Source: Nitrospinaceae bacterium
GTDB lineage: Bacteria > Nitrospinota > Nitrospinia > Nitrospinales > Nitrospinaceae
DNA: 64,000 nucleotides
Assembly (NCBI GenBank): GCA_965237905.1
Contig: OZ250172.1
Coordinates: forward strand, 2,528,001 to 2,592,000
Direction of reading: 5' to 3'
How positions within the stretch are numbered: position 1 is the stretch's first letter; each line of letters opens with the position of its first letter. A program made the translations under genes and the position numbers. The notes below the pieces were generated by a model, which saw only the letters and a list, made by a program, of their open reading frames with translations, had not been told where the DNA came from and made no database searches. Shown in pieces: positions 1 through 10,128 of this stretch.

Positions 1-416
1 GGTTGCAGATTCAATTCCGATAACTTGTCTTTCAGTTCCAGCGCCAGCCGCTCGGCGGTTTTGCGTCCCACGCCGGGGATGGTGCTGAGGGTGGAGATGT
101 CGTGATTGAACACGGCCTGCGTCAAATCCTGCCCCGTCATGCCGGACAGAATCGCCAGCGCGATTTTCGGGCCGACCTTGCTGATGCGGGTCAGCAGTTC
201 GAACATCTGCTTGTCTGCCACCTTGATAAAGCCGAACAGCTTGAGCGACTCCTCCCGCATACGCGTATGAATGTAAAGCGAAACCGCCGTGCCGCACTCC
301 GGCAGTTCGTAATAAACGGTCAGCGGAATAAACACCTCGTACCCCACGCCCTGCACATCGACCACTAGGGAGACGGGGGATTTCTCAATCAGTTGGCCTT
401 TGAGGTGCGCAATCAT
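1..416 (-). CDS. ruvA: Holliday junction branch migration protein RuvA (3' end runs off window)
   Basis: Manual translation from ATG at 416: MIAHLKGQLIEKSPVSLVVDVQGVGYEV...ISKVGPKIALAIL...IPGVGRKTAERLALELKDK (HhH motifs); directly follows ruvC. Confidence 0.95.
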   Translation of the reverse strand, partial: MIAHLKGQLIEKSPVSLVVDVQGVGYEVFIPLTVYYELPECGTAVSLYIHTRMREESLKLFGFIKVADKQMFELLTRISKVGPKIALAILSGMTGQDLTQAVFNHDISTLSTIPGVGRKTAERLALELKDKLSELNLQ

Positions 417-420
417 GCAG

Positions 421-918
421 TTACACTCCCGTTTTCAGCCGCGCCCGCGCCTGATACGAATGCAGGTGGCAGATGGCGACCGCCAACGCGTCCGAGGCGT
501 CCAGCGGTTCCGGTTTCTGTTGCAGTTTGAGGATCGCCGTGACCATGTCGCGCACCTGATGCTTGTCCGCCCGGCCGTAACCGACGACGGATTGCTTGAC
601 CTCCAGCGGCGTGTACTCGGCCAGGTCGATATCGGCCTGGGCGGCGGCGAGCAGGGCGACCCCGCGCGTTTGCCCCAGCTTGATGGTCGATTTGGCATTG
701 GCTGCGAAAAATATGTCCTCCACCGCTATGGCGTCCGGTTGGTATTCTTTCATCACCGAGGCCAACCCGTCGTAAATGGTTTTCAATCTCTGCGCGAACG
801 GGCTCTTCGATTTGCTGGCGATGCTCCCGAAGTGGATGCTCGTCAGCTGTCCGCCGGTCTCTTCGACAATGCCGTAACCGGTGCAAAGGCTTCCGGGATC
901 GATTCCCATGACGCGCAT
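421..918 (-). CDS. ruvC: Crossover junction endodeoxyribonuclease RuvC
   Basis: MRVMGIDPG..TGYG, AVEDIFF, EYTPLEVK, G.G.ADK.QV, DASDALAVAICH motifs. Confidence 0.97.
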   Translation of the reverse strand: MRVMGIDPGSLCTGYGIVEETGGQLTSIHFGSIASKSKSPFAQRLKTIYDGLASVMKEYQPDAIAVEDIFFAANAKSTIKLGQTRGVALLAAAQADIDLAEYTPLEVKQSVVGYGRADKHQVRDMVTAILKLQQKPEPLDASDALAVAICHLHSYQARARLKTGV

Positions 919-1076
919 ACGGTTGAATTCTCCAGTTTAAAATTTGACAGGATGAGCAGGATTTCAAGCAACCCCTTTTTTCAAGGGGAGAGGAGATTTT
1001 TAGTTCGCCCCGTCCATAATCGGACCTCGCGGAGCGGTCTGTGTTTATCTGTGTCCATCTGTGGTTAATTTGGGGT

Positions 1077-1832
1077 TTAGGGATTGGCCTCGATGGCGGC
1101 GAGAACGTCCTCGGGTATGTCGAAATTGGAATAGACTTTCTGCACGTCGTCGTGGTCCTCCAGCAGGTCCATCAGCCGCAACAGCGCCTTGCCGTGTTTC
1201 TCATCGACGGGAACGGTGTTGCTCGGAATGGCGGTCAACTCGGCGACCTCCATCGGGATCGCTTTCTCTTCCAGCGTTGTGTGGACCGCGTGGAAATTTT
1301 CCTTGGCGGTGAGGATTTCATAATGGCCGTCGACGTTTTGCAGATCGTCCGCCCCGGCGTCCAGCACCAGTTCCATGAGCGCGTCCTCGTCCATCGCGTC
1401 GCCGGGAACCACCATGAGTCCCTTCTTCTCGAACATGTAGGCGACGCAACCGGATTCCCCCATATTGCCGCTGTTTTTACCGAGAATGGTGCGGACTTCG
1501 CCGACCGTGCGGTTCTTGTTATCCGTCATCACTTCGATGAGGATGGCCGCCCCGCCGGGTCCGTAGCCTTCGTAGGTGATCTCTTCGTAATGAACGCCTT
1601 CCAGGTCGCCCGTGCCCTTTTTGATGGCGCGCTGGATGTTGTCCTGCGGCATGTTCTGGGCCTTGGCGCCGGCAACGGCCGTGCGCAGGCGCGGGTTGGC
1701 GTCCACGTCGCCCCCACCCATGCGGGCGGCGATGGTGATTTCTTTAATGAGTTTGGTGAAGATCTTGCCACGCTTGGCGTCGGTGGCACCTTTTTTGTGC
1801 TTGATGGTGGACCACTTGGAATGACCGGACAT
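1077..1832 (-). CDS. yebC: YebC/PmpR family DNA/RNA-binding protein
   Basis: [39 protein letters not shown]; conserved yebC-ruvC-ruvA order. Confidence 0.96.
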   Translation of the reverse strand: MSGHSKWSTIKHKKGATDAKRGKIFTKLIKEITIAARMGGGDVDANPRLRTAVAGAKAQNMPQDNIQRAIKKGTGDLEGVHYEEITYEGYGPGGAAILIEVMTDNKNRTVGEVRTILGKNSGNMGESGCVAYMFEKKGLMVVPGDAMDEDALMELVLDAGADDLQNVDGHYEILTAKENFHAVHTTLEEKAIPMEVAELTAIPSNTVPVDEKHGKALLRLMDLLEDHDDVQKVYSNFDIPEDVLAAIEANP

Positions 1833-2214
1833 ACGCTCCTACTGCCTCAAATAGGGTTAATGCTGGAGCTAATTTAGCACAGTTTCCCCACCCCGGCAAC
1901 CAGCGTGACGCTGGACCCTGCTCGGCGCAGGGCCAATAACGCTGGTGCGCACTCTCGCGATCTATGGACTGCTTTCGCCAGCCGAGATTTTAAATTTATC
2001 CGTGGCGATTCGCCACCTCCCCCTTTGTGAATGCCTGTCCTGAGCCTGTCGAAGGGTGAGCCTACACGAGGGGCTGGAGGGATTTGGAATCACCGATGCC
2101 TGTCCTGAGCTTGTCGAATAACTCAGGACAAGTTTTATAATTGGGAAGACAATTAGGGCGATTTATGAGAATATTCCTGCTCCGGAAGGCATTCAATATC
2201 GTGGAACAGTATAT

Positions 2215-2640
2215 ATGCAATCGCTCCGAAACCCGAAGACCATCAGCCGGATACTCATCCTCGCCCTGCTCCTCCTGGGAGGGCCACTTCTATTTTTGAA
2301 CTCCTGCGCATTTGATGTCCGTCATGTAGAGCAGGTTCCCACCCAAATCGAATCCGCTCTTACGGCCAGAGGTTCATTTGTATTGATTAATCAAGTGAAA
2401 TTTACATTAGATTCAAACTATTCCAGAAAATTGAACGCCGGAACAAAATGGAATTATGTTTTTACTATAACTCAAGGAGATGTTTTTAGAACCAGGGACC
2501 AGATTCTAACGGTTGAAGCTTCCAATATATTTGAAGCGTATATTGTTGTTTCATCGAATCAATTGGTAGGGTTTTATCTTCCAGTAGAGAAAACGTTTTC
2601 CCCATTAGAGGATATTCAAAAACTGGAAATGAGAGATTAA
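2215..2640 (+). CDS. Hypothetical lipoprotein
   Basis: 141 aa; hydrophobic N-terminus ending in lipobox-like LNSC; AT-rich. Confidence 0.65.
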   Translation: MQSLRNPKTISRILILALLLLGGPLLFLNSCAFDVRHVEQVPTQIESALTARGSFVLINQVKFTLDSNYSRKLNAGTKWNYVFTITQGDVFRTRDQILTVEASNIFEAYIVVSSNQLVGFYLPVEKTFSPLEDIQKLEMRD

Positions 2641-2679
2641 TTCAAGCTCATTGCAATAAACCAAAAGGAGAGGGGAGCC

Positions 2680-3120
2680 ATGAAAATATTTTTGAAAAGA
2701 TTGATCCTGTTGCTTGCGGTTATCTTCATAACCAGTTGCGCTTCTGGTCCCGGGTTTGATGAGTTCAAATCAACTATCTCCGATTTAAGCCCCGACACCG
2801 GAAGAGTGTATGTCTACAGAATTTCAACGTTGGGTTTCGCAATCCGACCAGATGTTAATCTTAACGGCGAAAAAATCGGGGATGCGGAAGCGCAAGGTTT
2901 TTTTTACGTAGATAGGCCAGCGGGTTCCTACGAAATCATGACTTCCACAGAGGTAGATCGAAAACTTTCATTCACCTTGGAAAACAATCAAACGAGGTAT
3001 GTCAGGTTAAACGTTTCAATGGGTTTTTTTGCAGGACACGTTTATCCCGAGTTGGTTGAAGAACAAGAGGCCTTGGAGGAAATGAAATATTGTAAGTACA
3101 CACAGAGTGATAAAAAATAA
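2680..3120 (+). CDS. DUF2846-like lipoprotein
   Basis: Lipobox ITSC; GRVYVYR...LNGEKIG....GFFYVD..AGSYEI pattern; RBS GGAG/GGGGAG. Confidence 0.8.
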   Translation: MKIFLKRLILLLAVIFITSCASGPGFDEFKSTISDLSPDTGRVYVYRISTLGFAIRPDVNLNGEKIGDAEAQGFFYVDRPAGSYEIMTSTEVDRKLSFTLENNQTRYVRLNVSMGFFAGHVYPELVEEQEALEEMKYCKYTQSDKK

Positions 3121-3213
3121 ATCATTTCAATACATACCGTATGTCTCTAGCGAATAACCAATTTTTCATCAGGATGAAGATCCGGTGATAGGTTTGCGGG
3201 TGCGGTTTATTTT

Positions 3214-3294
3214 GTAAATCAATTTATTGAGGAGTTGGGACATCATGAAAGTCATTGTTGTCGGAGCATCGGGAAAGATTGGTAGCCGGGTGGC
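3214..3294 (+). pseudogene. Truncated duplicate of the RBS and first ~16 codons of the SDR gene at 4134
   Basis: 81 bp, 77/81 identical to 4103-4183 by manual alignment. Confidence 0.9.
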
Positions 3295-3305
3295 AAAAAG
3301 CCTTC

Positions 3306-3866
3306 TCACCCCTTGGTTGTGGGGGAACCTCCATATTTTTCAAACAGGGCGGCCAGCAGCACTTTGGATTCTTTTATTCCTTCCTCATCGTTTTCTCTGT
3401 CGGCGACAGATTCGGCTTTTTGTGTGTGCTGGATGGCTTTGGATCCGTTTTTTACGGCGTCGTACGCTCGTGCCAGATTGTAATGAGCCTGAAAATCTTC
3501 CGGATCGAGGGCCAGCACTTTGTGGTGTTGCGTAATCGCTCCCTCCCATTTTCCTTGTTCTTCAAAGACCAGAGCGAGATTGAAATGGATCTTCACGTGA
3601 TTGGGGTCGCGCTTTAAGGCTTGCCGGCAAACGGCGATGGATTGGTTGTACCGTCTTAGTTTTCTGTAAGCGATGGCCAGTCCATGGAGCGCTCTCATAT
3701 TATCAGGATCGAGCTGTAAAGAGATCTTATAGGCCTGGGCGGCCTCTGCAAAACGTTTAGCCTTGCGGCAGGCCAATCCCAGTTTAAAATGAGCCTGGGC
3801 GTCGTCGGGATTTTTTTCGACAACCTCCCGGCAGTCTTCGATTTCATTTTTCCGTGAGTCTGCCAT
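3306..3866 (-). CDS. Tetratricopeptide repeat protein
   Basis: Repeated AHFKLG/ALHGLA/IHFNLA/AHYNLA...LDP TPR units; ATG at 3866 preferred to TTG at 3887. Confidence 0.88.
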   Translation of the reverse strand: MADSRKNEIEDCREVVEKNPDDAQAHFKLGLACRKAKRFAEAAQAYKISLQLDPDNMRALHGLAIAYRKLRRYNQSIAVCRQALKRDPNHVKIHFNLALVFEEQGKWEGAITQHHKVLALDPEDFQAHYNLARAYDAVKNGSKAIQHTQKAESVADRENDEEGIKESKVLLAALFEKYGGSPTTKG

Positions 3867-4133
3867 GAATCCGGGTAACACTCTCAAAGCATATCGGGCA
3901 TCGTTGAGAAAAAGAATGATCTGACTTTATTTCACCTCTCCTAATCTGTCAAGTGGTCTGATTTGGGTGTCCATAAGCTGGGAACAGGGAGGACGGAGCA
4001 AGGAACAGGGAAAACCCCAAAGCCCCCTAACCCCCTTCGGAGAAGGGGGGACTTATCGGTGTTCATCTGTGGTTAATATTCCTGTACCATGGCGGGATTA
4101 TCGTAAATCACTTTATTGAGGAGTTGGACCATC

Positions 4134-4739
4134 ATGAAAGTCATTATTGTCGGAGCATCGGGAAAGATTGGTAGCCGGGTGGCGGAGCGGTTGTCCGGTA
4201 AGCACGAGGTGATACGGGTGGGGTCCCGCTCCGGGGATATTATCTGTGATTACACCAGCGAGCCCTCGGTCGCCGCCCTGTTTGAACAGTCGGGTGCGGC
4301 GGATGCTTTGATTGTCGCGGTCGGCGGTGACAGCAAATTCAAACCTTACCCTGAGTTGACCGATGAGGATTATCGTTTCGGCTGTGAGCGCAAACTGGTG
4401 GCGCAGGCGCGGCTGGTGCGTTTCGGTGAACGGTTTCTCAATGCCAACGGCTCCATTACACTCACCAGTGGTTTTTTGAGCCACTACCCCAACCCGCATA
4501 GTATTGGCACGGGACCCTTCAATGCCGCGATTAACGCTTTTGTGCAACACACGGCGCCTTTATTGAGTAAAGGGATTCGGCTGAATGTGGTGAGCCCGGC
4601 GCCGGTGGTGGAGCCGGACCAGGTGGGCAAAGGATTGGTGTCGGCGGATCAGGTGGCCGAATTTTATGTCGAGGCGGTGGAGGGTTCCGCGCGGGGTGAG
4701 GTGTTGCGTGCCTGGGGCGGTTTGCCGATCCCTGAATAA
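4134..4739 (+). CDS. Short-chain dehydrogenase family protein
   Basis: MKVIIVGASGKIG Rossmann motif, GSITLTSG, RLNVVSP; RBS GAGGAG upstream. Confidence 0.9.
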   Translation: MKVIIVGASGKIGSRVAERLSGKHEVIRVGSRSGDIICDYTSEPSVAALFEQSGAADALIVAVGGDSKFKPYPELTDEDYRFGCERKLVAQARLVRFGERFLNANGSITLTSGFLSHYPNPHSIGTGPFNAAINAFVQHTAPLLSKGIRLNVVSPAPVVEPDQVGKGLVSADQVAEFYVEAVEGSARGEVLRAWGGLPIPE

Positions 4740-4784
4740 TGGAAGGGGGCGTTCCCCCTTAACTCCTATTGAAGGAGGCCCTTA

Positions 4785-5357
4785 ATGAAAATTAAATTTC
4801 TAAGCCTGTTGCTTGCAATCTCAGTTTCTGGGTGTTTCGGTTCGCCGGCCAAGATAGCCATGATCAGCGAAGAAGGTTTAAAAGATGTGGGAACGATCGA
4901 ACTATGTGCGGCCTATGGAGACAAATTATTTGGATTGGAAAAAGTTAAAAAGGAGTTGATGCACAGACTTGCCTTATCTCGGCGGGGGCCTGCAGACGTC
5001 ATTGTTTTGAACGCTGGAGAAATAGTTGTTTTGTACGAAGATAAGCCTGGAGAGAAAGGGGGCTTGCCCGACAAGGGGAAAATCTCTGATGCACCTAAAA
5101 GAAATAGTACAGACTTGGCTGATTTGGTACAGATAAAAAGAACAGAGGAATCTCCTCCTGATACCTGGGAATGGGAACTGATTGAAAAAGGAGAGATCAA
5201 AAAGGGGATGACTCAATGCGGTCTCCTGGCATCATGGGGAAGGCCCACACGCATTGTCAAAAGCAAAGGCAGGGTTAATGAATGGATTTATCAGGGCTAC
5301 TTCAGCTATGGCTCTGTGCATATAAGAAAGGGCAAAGTAAAGAGATGGACGAAGTAA
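4785..5357 (+). CDS. Hypothetical lipoprotein
   Basis: Lipobox VSGC; C-terminal IKKGMT...SWGRP...EWIY resembles SmpA/BamE-like small domains; RBS AAGGAGG. Confidence 0.7.
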   Translation: MKIKFLSLLLAISVSGCFGSPAKIAMISEEGLKDVGTIELCAAYGDKLFGLEKVKKELMHRLALSRRGPADVIVLNAGEIVVLYEDKPGEKGGLPDKGKISDAPKRNSTDLADLVQIKRTEESPPDTWEWELIEKGEIKKGMTQCGLLASWGRPTRIVKSKGRVNEWIYQGYFSYGSVHIRKGKVKRWTK

Positions 5358-5637
5358 GTACTCCCTATCAGGTCGCCCTTTCCTTCGGCAAGCTCAGGAC
5401 AGGCTATCGGCTCAGGGTGACAATTAGGGAGGAAGCCCCCCGGCCCCCTCCTTCGACAGGCTCAAGACAAGTTTTACAAGGGGGAGCTAAATCACCCCCC
5501 GCCCTCTTTAAAAAGAGGGAGCCTATCCGTGTTCATCGGTGTTTATCTGTGGTTAATTATTCTGTGCTATTTCAACTTGCCGGGACTGTCAATCATTCGG
5601 TATAGTGTACTGAATCGACCTTATCAAGGAGGCTGTC

Positions 5638-5988
5638 ATGCCTAAAATCGCAATTCCAATAGCCATTGCTTTGGTTTGCTTTACAGTTTCCAATTCCTCA
5701 GCTGCGGAATTTGAGTTTCTCCCAATAACGGAACCAGAGCTTTTAGAAATAACGGAACCGGAGTTTTTAGAGCTAACGCAACAAGAGCTTTTAGAAATAA
5801 GGGAACTGAAATCCTTAAAAGTATCGGAACCGAAATCTTTAGAACCCGGTCGCTTCCCGGGAGGAAAATACACTCCTGCGGAACGGGAAAATACGGCATA
5901 TAACCGTTGTGCAAAGCTGAAAGAATTTGACGACCAGCAGAAATGTGCGCTCGAGGCTCTAGGTATTGCCGGGGAAGAAACTTATTAG
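5638..5988 (+). CDS. Small secreted protein with 8-aa tandem repeats
   Basis: Signal peptide; five 24-bp units at 5725-5844; RBS AAGGAGG. Confidence 0.7.
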   Translation: MPKIAIPIAIALVCFTVSNSSAAEFEFLPITEPELLEITEPEFLELTQQELLEIRELKSLKVSEPKSLEPGRFPGGKYTPAERENTAYNRCAKLKEFDDQQKCALEALGIAGEETY

Positions 5989-6154
5989 ACTAAAGAGTCT
6001 TATGCCCTTTGCGAGGGATGACTTCGTGTCGCCCTTCGACAGGCTCAGGGTGACAATTAAGGAAGAAGCCCCCTAACCCCCTTCGGAGAAGGGGGGACTT
6101 ATCCGTGTTCATCAGTGTCCATCTGTGGTTAATTATTCTGTATCATGATGATTC

Positions 6155-6361
6155 ATGAAAGTAACCATCACCGGTTTTCATCAGGATGAAGAAGAGTATT
6201 GGGTGGCGGACTTGTCCTGCGGGCATAGCCGCCATTTCCGGCACAACCCGCCCTGGCAGGAGCGGGAATGGGTCATCACGCAAGAAGGACGCGAACAATT
6301 TTTAGGCTCCGAACTGGATTGCAAAGAATGTGATGCGGCGAACCGCCGCAGGCCAGAGTGA
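6155..6361 (+). CDS. DUF3565 family protein
   Basis: ITGFHQD...WVADLSCGH..H.RHNPPWQ.REWV...LDCKEC. Confidence 0.88.
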   Translation: MKVTITGFHQDEEEYWVADLSCGHSRHFRHNPPWQEREWVITQEGREQFLGSELDCKECDAANRRRPE

Positions 6362-6805
6362 CGCTGGACCCAACCGGGCCAGGCCCGGAGCTGATTTAAA
6401 AACTTAAATTGCCCCCAACGACTCTCTTTAGAAATCAACGGTAAGCAAGCTCCCTCCCTCGGTAGAGGGTCACCCTCCCATCATTTTATAAAGAAGGTAG
6501 ACAGCCAGCACGACGCCCAGCATGATTTTTTTATTTTGGTCTATTTTCATCGTGGCTCCCTTGAGTTAAAGCGGTGCACGTGGAGCGATGGTCGGCTCTC
6601 CATCCAACCCCATAAAAATCATGACAAACAAAGTCACCAGCAAAGCCAGGAAAAGTACCAGAACAACAATTGACGATTTCTTCATTCGCTACCCCCTGTA
6701 ATTTGGAAGGGCCTATTATAGGCTCCATCAGGCGGAGTGTCGATGGCTTTCGATCCGCATCCCCACCTTGCAAGTGAATCCCATTGCGATTAATATGGCC
6801 TGATT

Positions 6806-7684
6806 ATGGAAGGGACGAACCAAAAACCCTGGCAGGGACTGGGCGCGGAGATCGATGCGAACCTGTCCCCGCACGAGATGCTGGTCAAGGCCAACCTCGA
6901 TTACAAGCGGCCGTACAAATCCCCGGCGAACCACGAAACGTTCCGGTTCTTCAAGGCCTTTGCCGAGGCGGGGGAGGCGCATATCCAAACCGTCGGGCAA
7001 CTGGACAATGGACGCATTATCTGGGCGCTGGCCGGGTTGGACGCAAAGTTCACTGTGAAGGGAATGGACCCGGTGGAAGGGTGTCTGCTGTTTGCGTCCC
7101 GCGATGAGAAAAGAGATTCGGTTCACATGCGGGTGACGGCGGTCCGGGAAGTGTGCAGCAACACACTGCAAGTCGCCTGCGAAGCGAGATCCCTCTTCAA
7201 AAATACTTTTCGACGGGTGTTCATACCCACTCCCCCGTTTCTGTCGCCCGCGACCACCCAACTGGACGATAAGATGATTCAAAAAGCCAAAGAGAATATC
7301 GGTCTGGGCCGGAAAGCGATTGCCGCGTTCGCGTCCGATGCCGAACGCCTGGCTCATCAAACAGTGGACGATGCGACGACCCACCGTTATATGGTCAACG
7401 TCTTTCAACCGGAAACGGTCCAGGATTTGTCCGTTATGGGTCCGAAGGAGATCGAAACACTCGCCGACAAAAAAACCAAAATGGCGATTGAGGCGATACA
7501 AAAGGCTCCGGGACAAAATCTGGAGACCGCCGCCATGACCGCCTGGGGTCTGCTAAACGCCGTGACGTACACGGTCGATTACCAGCTGGGTAAAAATCAG
7601 GATTCCCGTCTGCGGCTGGCCTGGTTTGGGTCACACGCAGATATCAAAAAGCGGGCGTTCGATCTGGCTCTAAAATTGTTATAA
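6806..7684 (+). CDS. DUF932 domain (phage/plasmid-like) protein
   Basis: PWQGLG N-terminus, G.LDNGR.IWALA, VREVCSNTL, TAWGLLNAVT..D. Confidence 0.8.
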   Translation: MEGTNQKPWQGLGAEIDANLSPHEMLVKANLDYKRPYKSPANHETFRFFKAFAEAGEAHIQTVGQLDNGRIIWALAGLDAKFTVKGMDPVEGCLLFASRDEKRDSVHMRVTAVREVCSNTLQVACEARSLFKNTFRRVFIPTPPFLSPATTQLDDKMIQKAKENIGLGRKAIAAFASDAERLAHQTVDDATTHRYMVNVFQPETVQDLSVMGPKEIETLADKKTKMAIEAIQKAPGQNLETAAMTAWGLLNAVTYTVDYQLGKNQDSRLRLAWFGSHADIKKRAFDLALKLL

Positions 7685-7719
7685 AGGAATAGTATGAATA
7701 ACGCGGGAAGGATGCTGAT

Positions 7720-8412
7720 ATGAATCAAAATTCGGAGGCGGCCGGGCCGCCGACGGTGGAAATAACGGTCGCCGGGAAAACAATCCAGGCGCGGGAAGGG
7801 GAGACGATCATCCACGCGCTGTGGCAGGCGGGGCTGGGTCATGAAATCCAGACCGGCTGTGTCGGCGGTGTGTGCGGCGCGTGTACGGTGACACTCCGTT
7901 TCAAGGACGGACGCCGCGGCGGCACCGATCTCGCCTGCCTGCGTCCGGTCGAGGAGGGCATGGAAGTCTTCCCGTTTCCGGTCGACGCCCTCGCTTCGCC
8001 TCCGCCGGTATCCGATCCCGATGAAGATAAATTGCGCGGCACGTTCCCAACGGTCGACCGTTGCACCAAGTGCGACAACTGCACCGTCGCCTGCCCGATG
8101 GGCATCCCGGTGATGGACTCCGTCCTGCGTATGCAGAGGGGACAACTCGAGGCGGTGGCGGAGGATTTCACCACCTGCATCCATTGCGGCCTGTGCCGCG
8201 CGGTGTGCGAGGACAAGGTTCTGCCGCACACCATGGGCATCTGGGTGCGGCGCTCGCTCGGCCTATCGGTGGATCACCCGGTTCTCGATCAGACGGAGGA
8301 GACGGCGATGAGTGATCAGGCAGAGCAGGAGTGGGACCATCTGTTGAACTGTGATGACGAAGAACGGTTACAACGCGCGAAGTTGTTTCGTAAAGAAGGA
8401 ACCCTCGCATGA
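7720..8412 (+). CDS. Fumarate reductase/succinate dehydrogenase Fe-S subunit (2Fe-2S plus 2x4Fe-4S)
   Basis: GC..GVCGAC...LAC; CTKCDNCTVACP; CIHCGLCRAVC; overlaps next ORF by ATGA. Confidence 0.85.
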   Translation: MNQNSEAAGPPTVEITVAGKTIQAREGETIIHALWQAGLGHEIQTGCVGGVCGACTVTLRFKDGRRGGTDLACLRPVEEGMEVFPFPVDALASPPPVSDPDEDKLRGTFPTVDRCTKCDNCTVACPMGIPVMDSVLRMQRGQLEAVAEDFTTCIHCGLCRAVCEDKVLPHTMGIWVRRSLGLSVDHPVLDQTEETAMSDQAEQEWDHLLNCDDEERLQRAKLFRKEGTLA

Positions 8413-10085
8413 TGGACTGGGCCAAGGCGTCACTCGAAAAAGTGGAACAAACTCGTGCCGAGCGCAGGGATCAGCCCGCTCCGGCTATCAGCGATGACGA
8501 GGCGCAAAACCTGATCGAAGAATACCACCCGGATTACGTTGGCAACGAGCGTAAGATTCACGTCGGTCCCAATGCTGACTCCGACCCGTTCCCGATGGAG
8601 CTGGCGGACCTGTTGGAATCGGACAGTCCCATTCCCAAAGATTTCCAACCCAACGCCGATATCGAAACCGATGTGCTCATACTCGGCGGCGGCGGAGCGG
8701 GAGTGACGGCGGCCCTGGGCCTCGCGGATTCCGGTTTGACCGTGCATCTCGCCACCAAACTGCGCCTCGGCGACGCCAACACGGTGATGGCCGAAGGCGG
8801 CATCCAGGCGGCGCTGGGTCGTGACGATTCCACCCGGCGGCATTTCGCCGATAGCTACGTCGGCGGTCACGGCAAAAACGATACGGGATTACTTCGCTTT
8901 TTGTGCGAAGAAGGACCGGCGGGCATCCGCTGGCTGACGCGGCTGGGCACGCTGTTCGATCAGAATGAGGATGGCACGTTCCGATTCCGCAAAGGCGGCG
9001 GCACCTCAACGCCGCGCGTTCTGGCCTGCCGTGATTACACGGGTCTGGAGATTATGCGCGTCCTCAAAAACGCGGTGATGTCGGGTGCGACGCATGTCCT
9101 CGAACATCACGCGGCGGTGGAGTTGACCGACGATGGCCAAGACCACGTCACAGGTGCTGTATTATGGAATACACAAACGGGTCAATTGGTCACGGTCTCC
9201 GCCCGTGCGGTGATTCTGGCGACGGGAGGCAGCGGTCAGTTGCGGCTCCAGGGTTATCCCACCAGCAATCATCTGGGCGCGACCGGCGACGGGTTGATCC
9301 TCGCGTACCGGCAGGGATGCTCGCTGATTTTTCCCGGAAGCCATCAGTACCATCCTTCAGGCTCCAGTTTTCCGGAAGCGCTCGTTGGCCAACTGGTGAC
9401 CGAATCGATTCGCAGTGCCGGCGCGCAAATCCTGAACGTGAACGGCGAGCGGTTCATCGACGAGATGACCTTCCGCGACGTGGTGGCGGCGGCGATCATC
9501 CGTGAAGTGATGGAGGGGCGGGGCATTGAGACCCCGACCAAGCGCCGTGGGGTGTGGCTCGACACGCCATTAATCGAACAGACAAAAGGAGAGGGCACGC
9601 TCGCCAGCCAGTTTCCCGGCTTGATTCATCGTTTCAAACGCTACGGGATCGATCCTACGACGCAACCGATTCTCGTGTATCCCACACTGCATTACCAGAA
9701 CGGCGGCGTTCGCATCGATACCGAATGCCGGACCGAGCGCGTGGGATTGTGGGCGGCGGGGGAGGTGACGGGCGGCATTCATGGCACCAATCGCTTGATG
9801 GGGAATTCCCTTCTTGATATCATTGTGTTTGGCCGCCGGGTGTCGGAAAGCGTCCAGCAAAATTGTCCGGAGCGCGGGGCGGTGACGCTGACCCGGCTGA
9901 ATCAATACCGGGACGCGTTGAACGGGCTCCCGCATAAGCCGGAAACGACCGCGCCGCAATTGTATCCACGGGTTTCCGGAATGAAATTTGAATTGAAGGG
10001 AATCCCAAAACCGGAAGCCGGGGCCGATGCACCCCCTGGCACTGTCAAAAGTTTCGAACCGCCGGACCCGTTTGCTTCCCGTTGA
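8409..10085 (+). CDS. Fumarate reductase/succinate dehydrogenase flavoprotein subunit (soluble type)
   Basis: GGGGAG, AEGG, QYHP, TESIR, RDVV, LHYQNGG, HGTNRLMGNSL motifs. Confidence 0.88.
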   Translation: MMDWAKASLEKVEQTRAERRDQPAPAISDDEAQNLIEEYHPDYVGNERKIHVGPNADSDPFPMELADLLESDSPIPKDFQPNADIETDVLILGGGGAGVTAALGLADSGLTVHLATKLRLGDANTVMAEGGIQAALGRDDSTRRHFADSYVGGHGKNDTGLLRFLCEEGPAGIRWLTRLGTLFDQNEDGTFRFRKGGGTSTPRVLACRDYTGLEIMRVLKNAVMSGATHVLEHHAAVELTDDGQDHVTGAVLWNTQTGQLVTVSARAVILATGGSGQLRLQGYPTSNHLGATGDGLILAYRQGCSLIFPGSHQYHPSGSSFPEALVGQLVTESIRSAGAQILNVNGERFIDEMTFRDVVAAAIIREVMEGRGIETPTKRRGVWLDTPLIEQTKGEGTLASQFPGLIHRFKRYGIDPTTQPILVYPTLHYQNGGVRIDTECRTERVGLWAAGEVTGGIHGTNRLMGNSLLDIIVFGRRVSESVQQNCPERGAVTLTRLNQYRDALNGLPHKPETTAPQLYPRVSGMKFELKGIPKPEAGADAPPGTVKSFEPPDPFASR

Positions 10086-10128
10086 ATTTTTTCGGGATCC
10101 GTAACCCATTTAAGCCGGAGAGCTCCGC

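Noticed and set aside
102..1877. Plus-strand ORFs 102-368, 400-1068 and 1041-1877
   Set aside because: Antisense shadows of ruvA, ruvC and yebC
3227..3535. 102-aa ORF beginning like an SDR
   Set aside because: Only the duplicated first codons are SDR-like; the rest is antisense to the TPR gene
1039..6135. Possible CRISPR array or integron attC array
   Set aside because: Repeats are degenerate and irregularly spaced; no cas or intI gene and no clear attC boxes
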